Shown here: piece after piece, positions 1-10,620 of the stretch
How positions within the stretch are numbered: position 1 is the first letter of the stretch
Layout of the letters: each line of letters begins with the position of its first letter
Notes under the pieces: generated by a model
What the model was told of the DNA's origin: nothing
The model's input: only the letters and a program-made list of their open reading frames with translations
Databases searched by the model: none
Made by a program: the position numbers and the translations under genes
NCBI GenBank assembly: GCA_013360215.1
Contig: JABWCP010000005.1
Coordinates: 62,001 to 126,000 of the forward strand
From: a bacterium
GTDB lineage: Bacteria; CLD3; SB21
DNA length: 64,000 bases
Direction of reading: 5' to 3'

Positions 1-27
1 CTTTTTATCGGTTAAATCGCTGCAAAT

Positions 28-1689
28 TTATTTTTGTAAATTCCAAATTTTGGTATAACCCTCCGCTTCTTCCAGTTTTTTTAATTCAATGATGGATTTG
101 CGAAAAGCAGCCATCATATCTTCTTTGCGCACTACCCCATTGAGACTATTGGGATTGGATTTGACTTCTTCGGCATTAAACGGGGCACCTTTGCCGAGCA
201 CCGTACCGGTAACATATTGTGTGCCGACGAGATAACCATTGGGCGGTCCGAGCAACTGATACGTAAAAACCGGGTTAAGTACGACGTGATTATTTTCATC
301 CGTCGAAATCTGCAAATCCAGCGTCGCACTGATCAAACCATCCACACCCAATTCGCGCATCAGACGTGCATCGGGCCGGTCGCTGGCAAAAGTGGATGAA
401 ACCGACTTGAGTATCGAAGTTAGCGACGTAGGAAGAAGGTTTTTGGTGTTTTTATAACTGCGAACAATTTTGACCTGCGTGTTTTTATCTTCGATCGGTT
501 CCATCGCTGCATAGCCGGAAGCTTTCGTAACGCTTTCGACTGGAATCAACTCGATCTGATGTTCGTTTTTCAGTGCCGTTACAAAATCACTGTACATATT
601 ATCCAGCAGTTTATCCCAAAATTCGTCCGGTAACTGCGGAAATTCCAAAGTCGTAATTGTCGTAGTGGTTGTCGTGACTTCGACATTACCCATCGTTTGC
701 GTTGAACTAGAAGATTTCACATCGCGATGATAAATGGTTCCGCGTACAGAAAAGGAGGCTAACGCAAATTTTTTGCCCATGGATAAAGCGCGCCCGTAAT
801 AGGCATTGGGTTTATTGGCGGTGAAAGAAAAACCCTTCTCTTCGCCTGTAATCTGTACATTGCTTTTGCTTGGCGATTTGCCTTTGACCGTTACCGGCTT
901 TGTATCCCAGCTCGCGGATATCCCTTGATATCCACCGGTACCGGCATTGGGTGATAAATCATGTTCATAACGTTCGACACGAAGCCAACTGGCGCCTTCC
1001 CTAAAACTTGCAATGGAGGTACCGATCGCTTGATCTGAACTGGCCACGACTTGTGCGTTGACAAAAGCCTGGTGTGGTATGACGATTTTGTCTGCTGAAC
1101 GGCAAACCACCACATCTACAAACGACGTCGTACCCATCAAGTCCATCAGCATGCCGACTTTATACATCGTACGTTCGGAACCTTTGGGATTTTCCATTTC
1201 CAGAACAAGATCCTGCGTAACGTCTATTTCAGCACCATCGGCTTTACCGTTGATAGATTTAATGCGAACGGGATATGTAGGTTTTATCGTAAACTCGGCC
1301 TTTTGACCCGTTTTAGTTTCGATCGTTATTTTTTTGGGTGAGGTATCGCCACTATCCACAAGTTTGGTATATGCACCAAAAGCCACGTGCGACATCGGTG
1401 TACCATCCATAGCTACGACGCCGTCTATTTTATACATCCCGATACCATGTTTTTTAAAATTCATCACCGTTACTGCTGAACGACCTTCTTTCCATGCTTC
1501 GCCCATATAGGAAGTTTCCGTGCTTTTGACGGCAGCAGGATAAAGATTGCTAATATAATACACCGTCGTACCGCAGGCTTGCAAATCCGTCGTGGACTGC
1601 GTCATCAGGTTGCCTGCAAGTTTGCCGAGTTGAGCGCAGCCGCTCAGAAATAAAAATACTGAAGCGAAAAGTAGAAGTTTTGTTCTCAT
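28..1689 (-). CDS. Hypothetical lipoprotein (553 aa)
   Basis: Long ORF; N-terminal basic and hydrophobic region ending in lipobox LSG-C; no catalytic motif recognised. Confidence 0.75.
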   Translation of the reverse strand: MRTKLLLFASVFLFLSGCAQLGKLAGNLMTQSTTDLQACGTTVYYISNLYPAAVKSTETSYMGEAWKEGRSAVTVMNFKKHGIGMYKIDGVVAMDGTPMSHVAFGAYTKLVDSGDTSPKKITIETKTGQKAEFTIKPTYPVRIKSINGKADGAEIDVTQDLVLEMENPKGSERTMYKVGMLMDLMGTTSFVDVVVCRSADKIVIPHQAFVNAQVVASSDQAIGTSIASFREGASWLRVERYEHDLSPNAGTGGYQGISASWDTKPVTVKGKSPSKSNVQITGEEKGFSFTANKPNAYYGRALSMGKKFALASFSVRGTIYHRDVKSSSSTQTMGNVEVTTTTTTITTLEFPQLPDEFWDKLLDNMYSDFVTALKNEHQIELIPVESVTKASGYAAMEPIEDKNTQVKIVRSYKNTKNLLPTSLTSILKSVSSTFASDRPDARLMRELGVDGLISATLDLQISTDENNHVVLNPVFTYQLLGPPNGYLVGTQYVTGTVLGKGAPFNAEEVKSNPNSLNGVVRKEDMMAAFRKSIIELKKLEEAEGYTKIWNLQK

Positions 1690-2097
1690 AGATGTAATCC
1701 TGTGGTTTGATGAGTTATATGCCTAATTTAAGATTAAACATGACGGTACAGATAACTATTAGAAGCAATTAACATACCACAATGAAACACTACTATAACT
1801 CATTGATGTTTTTACAAATGAAAAAAGGATGACTTAGTTGGCGTTACATAAACGCGACTATATCGATAAATAGTCTGTCGCCTTCAGCAGACACTCATAA
1901 AAAACATTCCGATGTATATAAAAAACTCACTCTCCATCGAGCCGTATTGTATATATAAGTGAATCTGAAATTTTAAAAATATGTCTTTCAAAAAGGCGAT
2001 TCATCCATTACTTTTAAACACCTCACGCATAATTTATAATTGATCCCCTTCTTTGCATTTCCTGATACCCAATATATCGGATTGAAAGGATCATCGT

Positions 2098-4977
2098 ATG
2101 AAATCCACAATCGTATTTGTGTTGTTCTTGTCTTCCGTTTTATATGCTCAACGTACCGGTTGCGTGTCGGGCAACTGTGAAAACGGCGAAGGCACATACA
2201 TATGGAGTTCCGGCACTACGTATACAGGTGAATGGAAAAACGGCAAACAACACGGAAAGGGTAAAACGACATGGAGCGATGGCGAGTGGTACGAAGGGGG
2301 GTACAACATGGGAGAACGTACAGGATGGGGGGAATTTCGATGGAAAGATAAAACCTGGTATCGCGGTAGATTTTTGAATGGCCGCATGAATGGTTATGGA
2401 GAATATCATTTTGCATCCGGAACCACATATACCGGACAAATTCGTTTAGGAAAATTTAGCGGCGTTGGCACAAAATTGAAAAACGATGGCACCCGCGAAA
2501 TCGGATTTTGGAAGAATGATACTTATATGGGTTCACAGCGCCCTGTTTTGGTCGTATCATCACAAGGCCCTATAAAAAGCATTCAGGCTGCGATTGATTC
2601 GGCCACAGCCGGGGATGAAATCCTTATACGACGCGGCACATATAATGAGGCTATAGTAATCGACGGAAAAGAAAACATCACTATTCGCGGTGAAGGCGAA
2701 GCATGGTTGAAAGTTCCAACCGGCGACATCATTACCATCCGAAACTCTTCCGGGATCGCATTATTTAACATCAAAGGAATTCACGATACGCGCGATGAAT
2801 ATTTTGCCTGCGAAACTTCGGATGTGTTGGATATTGTACATTCCAAAAATATCATCGTTGCCCAATGTTTATTAGACGGATCCGGACAGATAGGACTCAC
2901 GGGATACCATGTTGAAGGATTATTGGTGAGCCATACGATCGTACAGAACTGTATTTTCGGAGGCATAGTCCTCGAAAACTGCGCCAATACAACATTACAA
3001 TACAATCTGATCATCGCACAAAAAGCCGCCGTAGACAAAGGCATGGATTGTATCGGTTTATCGCTTGTCTCTTGTAAAAATGCCGTCGTCAATCACAATA
3101 CGGTCGCCAAACTCATTGATTTTAATCCGGTATGGATTCGCGATTCGGAATCTATACTTTTCACCAATAACATCATAAGCCACAATACACTTAACGCCGA
3201 AAATCAGAGCGGCTTGATGCTCGGCGAAAATCAAACTTTAGATTATCACCGAAATCTCCTTTGGGATAATAAAACCCGGGACGGCAAGGAGATTAATTAT
3301 GATGCGTATGCTAAATCGTTTAAACCCCTAGATGACATAAATACCGACCCCTTATTTTTAAATCCTCAATCCAAACAGTTTGGTCTCAAGGCTTCATCGG
3401 GTGCGATAAATCAAGCAACGGACGGACTGGATATCGGCGCTGTCCAAACCAAACATCGCGGCAACCTGACGCCTAAAATCGCCGATCAAACGCCACCGCT
3501 AATAGTGTGGTCTGGGCAAAATTTTACAGATAAACAAAACATCACATTGCCGGACAGTACGATAAAATTTTCCGGACGACTGACGGATAACACGGAATTA
3601 GCAGGCATGATCATTGGCAATAAAACTGTATCTTTAAAAACGGACGGAACTTTTAATTCGGAAATCGCTTTAGAAGATGACATGGGCATGATACCTGTAC
3701 GCGCATGGGATATCTTTGGAAACGCGACCTACCTTGATATATTTTATCAAAAAGCATCAACACCTACGGCATCCGTCCAAACCGGAAGTGTGCCTCAAAC
3801 TATAACCGCAAGCCGGCCTACAACTTCTTCATCGGCAGTAAAACCTTCTTCCGCCGCACCCAATACTTCGACCGTAACTGTAACCTCCGATTGCAAAACT
3901 TCGGATGAATGCATTGAGCGTTCGTTTAAAGCGCAATCCATCGAAGAAGCTGTTTTATACGCCGAAAGTGCCGTACGCCTTTTAAAACCGACTGATGAAG
4001 AGGTAACTCAAAAAATGGCATATCGTATTCGCGCTGAAACATACTTGTATCAATTCAAAAAAAGTAACGATGCGGCGCTTGTCGAAAAAATCGAAGCGGA
4101 TTTTGAAAAAGCCATCAAGTTAGACCCTCAGGACGGTGTGCCGTATATAGGACTCGCAAAACTCTATGAAGCACAAAGCCAAGAATTGATGGTTGAAGAT
4201 CAGTTTGCACGCGGGCTGCAAGCCAATGCCAGTCCTGCGCTATTATATTATGAGCGTTCCCAATATTATATACGACAAAAAAAAGAATCGGCGGCTGATG
4301 AAGACTTAGACAAAGCCATAGAAATGCTGGGCGGAACTTCATATAAAGACGGTGTATATAAGATAACCGCCGGCGATCCTTCCGTCACCGACAAGGGAAA
4401 ATTTAACATGTATTATACCCGCGCCGAACGCCTTGTAAAAAAGAAAGATTATCAACGCGCGTATGCGGACTTGTCGCAGGCGATCAAGTTTGATCCTGAG
4501 AATAGCAATGCGTATTGGCTGCGTGCAAAAATCACCATTGATGTCGATCCCTACTACAAAAAACCGGAGCCGGCGCTGGCCGATCTCAATAAAGTGATCG
4601 AACTTTCACCGGATTTCGCCGACGCCTATTACTGGAAAGGCCAAGTGTTGCTGGCCAATTCACAAACCTATAAGGATCACAACATAACCATACAAACACT
4701 GATCAAGGCTTCCGAACTGGAACCGACTTTTTCGGATGGGTATGCCTATGCAGCGCACCTCTGTCTTGTGCAAGAACGTAATGCCGAAGCCGAGCAGTTT
4801 GCCTTTCTGGCCGTACAAAAAACTGATAAGAAAAACGCATTGGGCTTGGCACACTATGTCTTAGGATATACATACTCGTATAAGCGTGATCGTGAGAACA
4901 TGCTCAAGCATTTCCGAAAATCCGTCGAATATGGGTATGAAGAATCACAAAATGTTCTAAAAAGCATGGGGTATTAG
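2098..4977 (+). CDS. Exported MORN-repeat / right-handed beta-helix / Ig-like / TPR multidomain protein
   Basis: Signal peptide; MORN repeats (YTGEWKNGKQHGKG, YEGGYNMGERTGWG); SIQAAIDSATAGDEILIRRGTY beta-helix cap; S/T/P-rich linker; TPRs (AYADLSQAIKFDPENSNAY); AAAGGA SD upstream. Confidence 0.85.
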   Translation: MKSTIVFVLFLSSVLYAQRTGCVSGNCENGEGTYIWSSGTTYTGEWKNGKQHGKGKTTWSDGEWYEGGYNMGERTGWGEFRWKDKTWYRGRFLNGRMNGYGEYHFASGTTYTGQIRLGKFSGVGTKLKNDGTREIGFWKNDTYMGSQRPVLVVSSQGPIKSIQAAIDSATAGDEILIRRGTYNEAIVIDGKENITIRGEGEAWLKVPTGDIITIRNSSGIALFNIKGIHDTRDEYFACETSDVLDIVHSKNIIVAQCLLDGSGQIGLTGYHVEGLLVSHTIVQNCIFGGIVLENCANTTLQYNLIIAQKAAVDKGMDCIGLSLVSCKNAVVNHNTVAKLIDFNPVWIRDSESILFTNNIISHNTLNAENQSGLMLGENQTLDYHRNLLWDNKTRDGKEINYDAYAKSFKPLDDINTDPLFLNPQSKQFGLKASSGAINQATDGLDIGAVQTKHRGNLTPKIADQTPPLIVWSGQNFTDKQNITLPDSTIKFSGRLTDNTELAGMIIGNKTVSLKTDGTFNSEIALEDDMGMIPVRAWDIFGNATYLDIFYQKASTPTASVQTGSVPQTITASRPTTSSSAVKPSSAAPNTSTVTVTSDCKTSDECIERSFKAQSIEEAVLYAESAVRLLKPTDEEVTQKMAYRIRAETYLYQFKKSNDAALVEKIEADFEKAIKLDPQDGVPYIGLAKLYEAQSQELMVEDQFARGLQANASPALLYYERSQYYIRQKKESAADEDLDKAIEMLGGTSYKDGVYKITAGDPSVTDKGKFNMYYTRAERLVKKKDYQRAYADLSQAIKFDPENSNAYWLRAKITIDVDPYYKKPEPALADLNKVIELSPDFADAYYWKGQVLLANSQTYKDHNITIQTLIKASELEPTFSDGYAYAAHLCLVQERNAEAEQFAFLAVQKTDKKNALGLAHYVLGYTYSYKRDRENMLKHFRKSVEYGYEESQNVLKSMGY

Positions 4978-4991
4978 TTAAGGTGTTTATT

Positions 4992-7900
4992 ATGAGCCGA
5001 TCATTTTTTCTTTTGAGTACAGGTTTAACCTTGGTTTGTTTTTCATTGTATGCACAAAATCTGTCGATCGAGCCACAGCTACAACCACCCGGAGGTGTCG
5101 GAGATATTGTATACAGCCCTGACGGTAAGTGGGTGGCGATAGGCGGGGCGGAGCTTCATTTGATGCATATCCCCTCTCAAAAGACAATGATGCTGACGCA
5201 TCACAAAAAAAACGTATTAGATTTCAACTTCAGCGCGGACGGGCATTATTTGGTTTCGAGCAACCCCGACGGCAATATCTACATCTGGGATATGAAAAAA
5301 GCGGCTCATATAACCACGCTGACGGATACGGCTATTGCCCAAAAAGTCCGTTTCACTCAGGATGGCCGTCATATCATCACTTGCGGACATTGGGGGATCC
5401 AGTTTTGGGATTGGTCTCTTCAAAAAATCACCAAAACATATACGCTCATAAAACCCGAGGAGTGGTCGGAATTCAGTCGTCGAGGAAGCTGCATAATGCA
5501 AGAACATTATGCGATCAGTCCGGATGGTCAATGGGCGGCGGCGGCGGGTGGCGGTTCGTGTTGGGAATTTACGTCCACACCGGAATACGGTTCCAACGTT
5601 AAAATGCCTCGATATTTTGATCTCAGTTTTTTCAGGGTTATTAATCTAGAAACCGGCGAGGCGCTTGATCAAATTCGTATCCCGAAAGAAATCAATTGGA
5701 ATGCTTTATCCCTCGGCAATAAAAAAATAGCCGTATCAGGTGAATTTCGTAAAGATGAAGCTTTAAAATACTCGATCCTTGTTTATAATCTTGAAACGCA
5801 AAGCATGTCTCGTCAATTGGATGCCGATACTAATCGCATCATCAATTTGACGCTGTCACCCGATGAAACAAAACTTGTGGGTGTTTCTTTGGTTGTCCGC
5901 GGGCTATTATCTGATAGAGGTAAGGTGTTTCTTTGGGATCTTACGAGGTCAAAACTCATCGGCGCCAACAAAATGGCCAGCCGAAAAGTTCATTTTTCAG
6001 CTGACGGGACATTAATGAGCAGCGGGTTTGAAACTTATCTGATTACGGCTCCCGTTCGATCGTTTCCAACAGGTATTTATATTACAGGAAGCGATTTTTC
6101 ATCAAACGTATATCATTTTGATCTAGATGAAAATAACGCACGCATCGTTTTTTCGGATCGCGAACAAGTGAGGACGTGGGATCTTCGACGCGGTGTGATT
6201 GAAAGAAATTTTATCGGTGAAAAAGATCAGACCATTCGAGGAGTCGGATTTACATCAAGAGGCCTCATTGCGGCCGGCTTCCGGGGTACCATTACGCATT
6301 GGGATTCATCAGGTGCCACTAAGCTGGTTACGATGCAACATCCTGTACTCAATCTAAAAAACGTTACACGCATCAATGATTCCGTATATGCATCCTATGG
6401 GGTCGGCATCCCGAGCCTCAACATGGATACTATTCGTTTTTGGAATATCAATAACGGTTCCTTACAACATTTTATAACTGCGCATTATGGCCAGTGCAAC
6501 GGATTACGTCTATCACCCGACAAAAAACTTTGGGTTTCTTTTGGCGGAGAGGAAAAAAATTCACCCAGCGGATCGGTTTGCGTGTGGGATGCGGTGACAT
6601 GGGAAAAGAAATACGATCATCACATAGGTGATAAAACCGTCGCCGTTATTCAGGCATTGCTCTATCCTGATAATAAAACAGCCGTGCTTGCTACCGACGA
6701 CGCCGAAAGATTAGTGATAAACTTAGAAACCGGAGTGATTAATCGTCGCATGAACGACAGCGGCAACTATGCTGTCACCATGGAATTGTCGCCGGATGGA
6801 CGTACTTATGCTTGCGGCAACGGCGGACCGTGGTTATTGGGCAGCAAAGATCATGATATCCGTATCTACGATGCACAAACACACCGGTTACTGCGTGTAC
6901 TCAAAGGTCATACGAACAAAGTCGAAAAAATTCAATTTACGCACGACGGACAACGGCTTGTAAGTTGCAGTTATGATGGAACGATTCGGTTTTGGAATTT
7001 GACCGACCAAACCTATATATCACTGATCGGCATCTCGGAAGACACCTACGCCGTGTTTGCTCATGACGGCAACTACCTCACATCCAAGCGAGGTCGCGAC
7101 CTGGTTGCATTTCGGAGCGGCATGAAGATGATGACTTTTGATCAGTTTGATCTTGTGTACAATCGCCCCGATATTATTCTGAGCCGACTCGGATATACGT
7201 CATCCGAACATCTGGCTATTTATAAACAGGCGTACGAAAAACGTCGAGCTAAAAACCCGCCGGCATCGGCACAACTCATGTTACAAACCGATGCTCCCGA
7301 TCTTACTATACATACCGATGCACCGCCGGAGGTTTCATCGCCCGATATCACTTTGCATATCCGTGCCAAGGATAAGAATAATATCCTCAGTACACTTAAG
7401 CTAAAAATCAATGATGTGCCGCTATATGGTCGCTCCGGATTAGATCTCCGAAGTCGGAATAGCCCTACGTATGAGGCCGATATCCCCATAACACTTAGCC
7501 TAGGCAAAAACAGAATACAAGTTTGGGTAACCAACGCGGCAGGCACCGAATCGATTCCTGAAACATTTGAAACCACCGTCACCGGATCGGCCGATTCATC
7601 GGACGTGATTTTAGTTTCTGTAGGTATTGCAAATTACAAGAACAGTGATTATAACCTCACGTATTCACGCAAAGACGCTCAAGAAATATCCGCCGTATAT
7701 GAAGCCTTACAAAAAAAAACCGGCGGCGGTTTTGAAAAAATACTACTGCTTGACTCTGCAGCAACACGTGAATCCATCTTAAATATCCGTAAAAAACTTC
7801 TTACCACCAAACCCAATGATCGTGTTGTGCTTTTTTTTGCCGGTCACGGTTTACTGGACGCTAAAACCGATTGGTATTTTGCCACCTACGATACGGATTT

Positions 7901-8519
7901 TGACAACCCCGCCAAACGCGGCTTGGCGTACAGCGCGATCGAGGATATTCTGGATGGTATCCCTTCTCGCCGGCGTATCGTATTCATGGATGCGTGTCAT
8001 TCCGGTGAAGTGGATACGGATTCGCCGATGCCGACCGCCAATGCCGACCGATCGGCCGCAACAATGGCTCGCGGCATAAAGAAAAAAATCGGCGATGGTG
8101 AAACCGTAACACAAGTTGTGAGTACACGCGGTTTTTTTTCTAAAAAATCGAAAACAACCGGGTTGCAAAATTCTTTTGAGTTGATGCGTGAAATCTTCGC
8201 CGATTTGCAAAACAGTATAGGCGCTACCGTTATTAGTTCGGCCTCGGGTACGGAAGTCGCACTCGAAGGCGATGCATGGAAAAACGGAGTATTCACGTTC
8301 ACCATACTGCAGGGACTGGCCTACGGCAAAGCGGATCTAGATCATGACGGTACTATCCGGTGCACCGAACTCCAGGCGTACGTGATCGGAACCGTAAAAA
8401 AACTTACCGATGGCAAACAATCTCCGACGGCACGTAAAGAAAAAGCCTTTGATGATTTTGAAGTAACCCGTTTTTTATCACCGGTGGATCCTGCGGTGTG
8501 GCGTGTATCGGGTTACTAA
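4992..8519 (+). CDS. Exported WD40-repeat protein with C-terminal caspase-like (peptidase C14) domain
   Basis: Signal peptide from ATG 4992 (ORF track starts at GTG 4983); WD40 repeats (LKGHTNKVEKIQFTHDGQRLVSCSYDGTIRFWN); catalytic dyad FFAGHG / MDACHSG; EF-hand-like DLDHDGTI. Confidence 0.9.
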   Translation: MSRSFFLLSTGLTLVCFSLYAQNLSIEPQLQPPGGVGDIVYSPDGKWVAIGGAELHLMHIPSQKTMMLTHHKKNVLDFNFSADGHYLVSSNPDGNIYIWDMKKAAHITTLTDTAIAQKVRFTQDGRHIITCGHWGIQFWDWSLQKITKTYTLIKPEEWSEFSRRGSCIMQEHYAISPDGQWAAAAGGGSCWEFTSTPEYGSNVKMPRYFDLSFFRVINLETGEALDQIRIPKEINWNALSLGNKKIAVSGEFRKDEALKYSILVYNLETQSMSRQLDADTNRIINLTLSPDETKLVGVSLVVRGLLSDRGKVFLWDLTRSKLIGANKMASRKVHFSADGTLMSSGFETYLITAPVRSFPTGIYITGSDFSSNVYHFDLDENNARIVFSDREQVRTWDLRRGVIERNFIGEKDQTIRGVGFTSRGLIAAGFRGTITHWDSSGATKLVTMQHPVLNLKNVTRINDSVYASYGVGIPSLNMDTIRFWNINNGSLQHFITAHYGQCNGLRLSPDKKLWVSFGGEEKNSPSGSVCVWDAVTWEKKYDHHIGDKTVAVIQALLYPDNKTAVLATDDAERLVINLETGVINRRMNDSGNYAVTMELSPDGRTYACGNGGPWLLGSKDHDIRIYDAQTHRLLRVLKGHTNKVEKIQFTHDGQRLVSCSYDGTIRFWNLTDQTYISLIGISEDTYAVFAHDGNYLTSKRGRDLVAFRSGMKMMTFDQFDLVYNRPDIILSRLGYTSSEHLAIYKQAYEKRRAKNPPASAQLMLQTDAPDLTIHTDAPPEVSSPDITLHIRAKDKNNILSTLKLKINDVPLYGRSGLDLRSRNSPTYEADIPITLSLGKNRIQVWVTNAAGTESIPETFETTVTGSADSSDVILVSVGIANYKNSDYNLTYSRKDAQEISAVYEALQKKTGGGFEKILLLDSAATRESILNIRKKLLTTKPNDRVVLFFAGHGLLDAKTDWYFATYDTDFDNPAKRGLAYSAIEDILDGIPSRRRIVFMDACHSGEVDTDSPMPTANADRSAATMARGIKKKIGDGETVTQVVSTRGFFSKKSKTTGLQNSFELMREIFADLQNSIGATVISSASGTEVALEGDAWKNGVFTFTILQGLAYGKADLDHDGTIRCTELQAYVIGTVKKLTDGKQSPTARKEKAFDDFEVTRFLSPVDPAVWRVSGY

Positions 8520-8647
8520 GCATTATAGCCCCGCGTATTTCGGTCATCAGGATTCTTCCAAGGGTGTTGATTTTCTGCGTTCTAAGTGTAACTTAGGGGC
8601 GATTCAAAAAACACGGTATTTGTTTTTATCAATTTTAACGAGCGGAT

Positions 8648-10321
8648 ATGAGCGACAATAAGATTATTTTTTCGATGGTCGGCGTGGGCAAAGTGCACAA
8701 GCCCAACAAACAAGTGCTCAAAGATATATATCTTTCTTTTTTTTACGGCGCCAAAATCGGCGTACTCGGTCTCAACGGCGCAGGTAAATCTACGCTGCTT
8801 CGTATCATCGCAGGAACCGACAAGGATTACCTCGGTGAAATCACAGCACAGAAAGGCATCCCCTTCGGTTATTTGCCGCAGGAACCGGAACTTGATCCGA
8901 ACAAAACGGTAAAAGAAATTGTCCAAGAAGCGGTTGCCGATACGGTAGCTTTGGTGCGTGAATACGAAAAAATAGCCGAACAAATGGCGGATCCCAATGC
9001 GGATTTTGATACACTTTTAGAAAAACAAGGTAAACTGCAGGAAGAAATCGAGCATAAAAACGCATGGGATCTTGACAGCCGCCTTGAAATGGCTATGGAC
9101 GCGCTGCGTTGTCCGGAAAGCGACACACCCGTCAAGGTTCTGTCCGGTGGCGAACGTCGCCGCGTCGCCTTGTGCCGCCTGCTTCTGCAGGAACCCGATG
9201 TGCTCTTGCTGGATGAACCGACCAACCACCTCGACGCCGAATCCGTGTATTGGCTGGAACAACATTTAGCTCAATACAAAGGCACTGTCATTGCTGTCAC
9301 CCACGATCGTTATTTCCTCGATAATGTCGCCGGTTGGATACTCGAACTCGATCGCGGCGAAGGTATTCCTTTCGAAGGCAATTATACCTCGTGGCTTGAA
9401 CAGAAAAAGAAGCGCCTTGAAGTCGAAGAAAAGCAGGAATCCAAACGCCAAAAAGCTTTGGCTGAAGAGTTGGAGTGGGTGCGAATGAATCCCAAAGGTC
9501 GCCACGCCAAAAGTAAAGCACGTATTTCGGCGTATGAAAAAATGGTCAATGAACAGAATGAAAAGCGTAACGAAGAAATGGAAATTTTCATTCCACCCGG
9601 ACCGCGCCTCGGCAATGTCGTCATCGAAGCAAACGGCGTTGGCAAATCCTACGATGATCATTTGCTTTATGAAAACATGAACTTTTCGCTGCCACCCGGC
9701 GGTATCATCGGCGTGATCGGACCCAACGGTGCGGGTAAAACCACATTATTCCGTATGATTACCGGTGGAGAAAAACCTGACGCCGGCTCGATTCGAATCG
9801 GCGAAACCGTCAAACTGGGGTATGTAGATCAAAATCGTCCACTGGATCCCAATAAATCGATTTGGGAAGAAATCAGCGGCGGCGAAGAAACGCTGATGCT
9901 GGGTACCCGTGAAGTCAATTCGCGTGCCTATGTAGCGCGATTTAACTTTAGCGGTTCGGACCAACAGAAAAAAGTCAGCATGTTATCCGGCGGCGAGCGC
10001 AACCGCGTTCACCTTGCCAAGATGCTCAAAGAAGGCGCCAATGTACTGCTACTTGACGAACCTACAAACGATCTGGATGTCAATACACTGCGCGCACTGG
10101 AAGAAGCGCTTCTGGAATTTGCCGGATGTGCCGTGGTGATTTCCCACGACCGTTGGTTTCTTGATCGTGTAGCGACGCATATCTTAGCATTCGAAGGCGA
10201 CAGCCAGGTAGTTTGGTTTGACGGAAATTTTTCGCAATATCACGAAAACTTCAAACAGCGCATGGGTATCGACGCCGATCGCCCGCACCGTATCAAGTAT
10301 AAACCGCTAATGCGCGGATAA
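8648..10321 (+). CDS. ettA: Energy-dependent translational throttle protein EttA (ABC-F)
   Basis: VLKDIYLSFFYGAKIGVLGLNGAGKST; two ABC cassettes with LSGGE and LLLDEPTN; no TM segments; EttA-like C-terminus PHRIKYKPL. Confidence 0.95.
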   Translation: MSDNKIIFSMVGVGKVHKPNKQVLKDIYLSFFYGAKIGVLGLNGAGKSTLLRIIAGTDKDYLGEITAQKGIPFGYLPQEPELDPNKTVKEIVQEAVADTVALVREYEKIAEQMADPNADFDTLLEKQGKLQEEIEHKNAWDLDSRLEMAMDALRCPESDTPVKVLSGGERRRVALCRLLLQEPDVLLLDEPTNHLDAESVYWLEQHLAQYKGTVIAVTHDRYFLDNVAGWILELDRGEGIPFEGNYTSWLEQKKKRLEVEEKQESKRQKALAEELEWVRMNPKGRHAKSKARISAYEKMVNEQNEKRNEEMEIFIPPGPRLGNVVIEANGVGKSYDDHLLYENMNFSLPPGGIIGVIGPNGAGKTTLFRMITGGEKPDAGSIRIGETVKLGYVDQNRPLDPNKSIWEEISGGEETLMLGTREVNSRAYVARFNFSGSDQQKKVSMLSGGERNRVHLAKMLKEGANVLLLDEPTNDLDVNTLRALEEALLEFAGCAVVISHDRWFLDRVATHILAFEGDSQVVWFDGNFSQYHENFKQRMGIDADRPHRIKYKPLMRG

Positions 10322-10352
10322 TATCAGAATTTAAGATTACATAGAATGTTTG

Positions 10353-10386
10353 AGCCCCGTTTGAAATTCAGATGGGGCTTTTTTTT
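10353..10386 (+). terminator. Rho-independent terminator after ettA
   Basis: AGCCCCGTTTGA-aat-TCAGATGGGGCT stem (two G:U pairs) followed by a T8 run. Confidence 0.85.
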
Positions 10387-10387
10387 C

Positions 10388-10416
10388 TTGCCTTGGCGTT
10401 TAGATTCGCTTATACT
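10388..10416 (+). promoter_or_regulatory. Candidate sigma70 promoter for the 822-aa surface protein
   Basis: TTGCCT-N17-TATACT immediately after the ettA terminator. Confidence 0.45.
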
Positions 10417-10620
10417 AAAGAGTTAGAAGGGAAATCGTTTTTAGGGGTACAAAGGGAATGTATTATATCGTATTTCGCAATTAATCCCATTTCCCATTCA
10501 TTTTTCAAAACAAACACAGCACATGTGTGTGATCGTGTACTTATTACACTCATATAGTCGTTTGGATTTTTTCGTTTCTCTATACTAATTAACCATGTTT
10601 CACAAAATGAGGAGTAGGGC

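Noticed and set aside
1690-2097. 400-nt AT-rich intergenic region and the 69-aa ORF 1988-2197
   Set aside because: Consistent with divergent promoters; the ORF overlaps the MORN gene start; no tRNA or ncRNA signature seen
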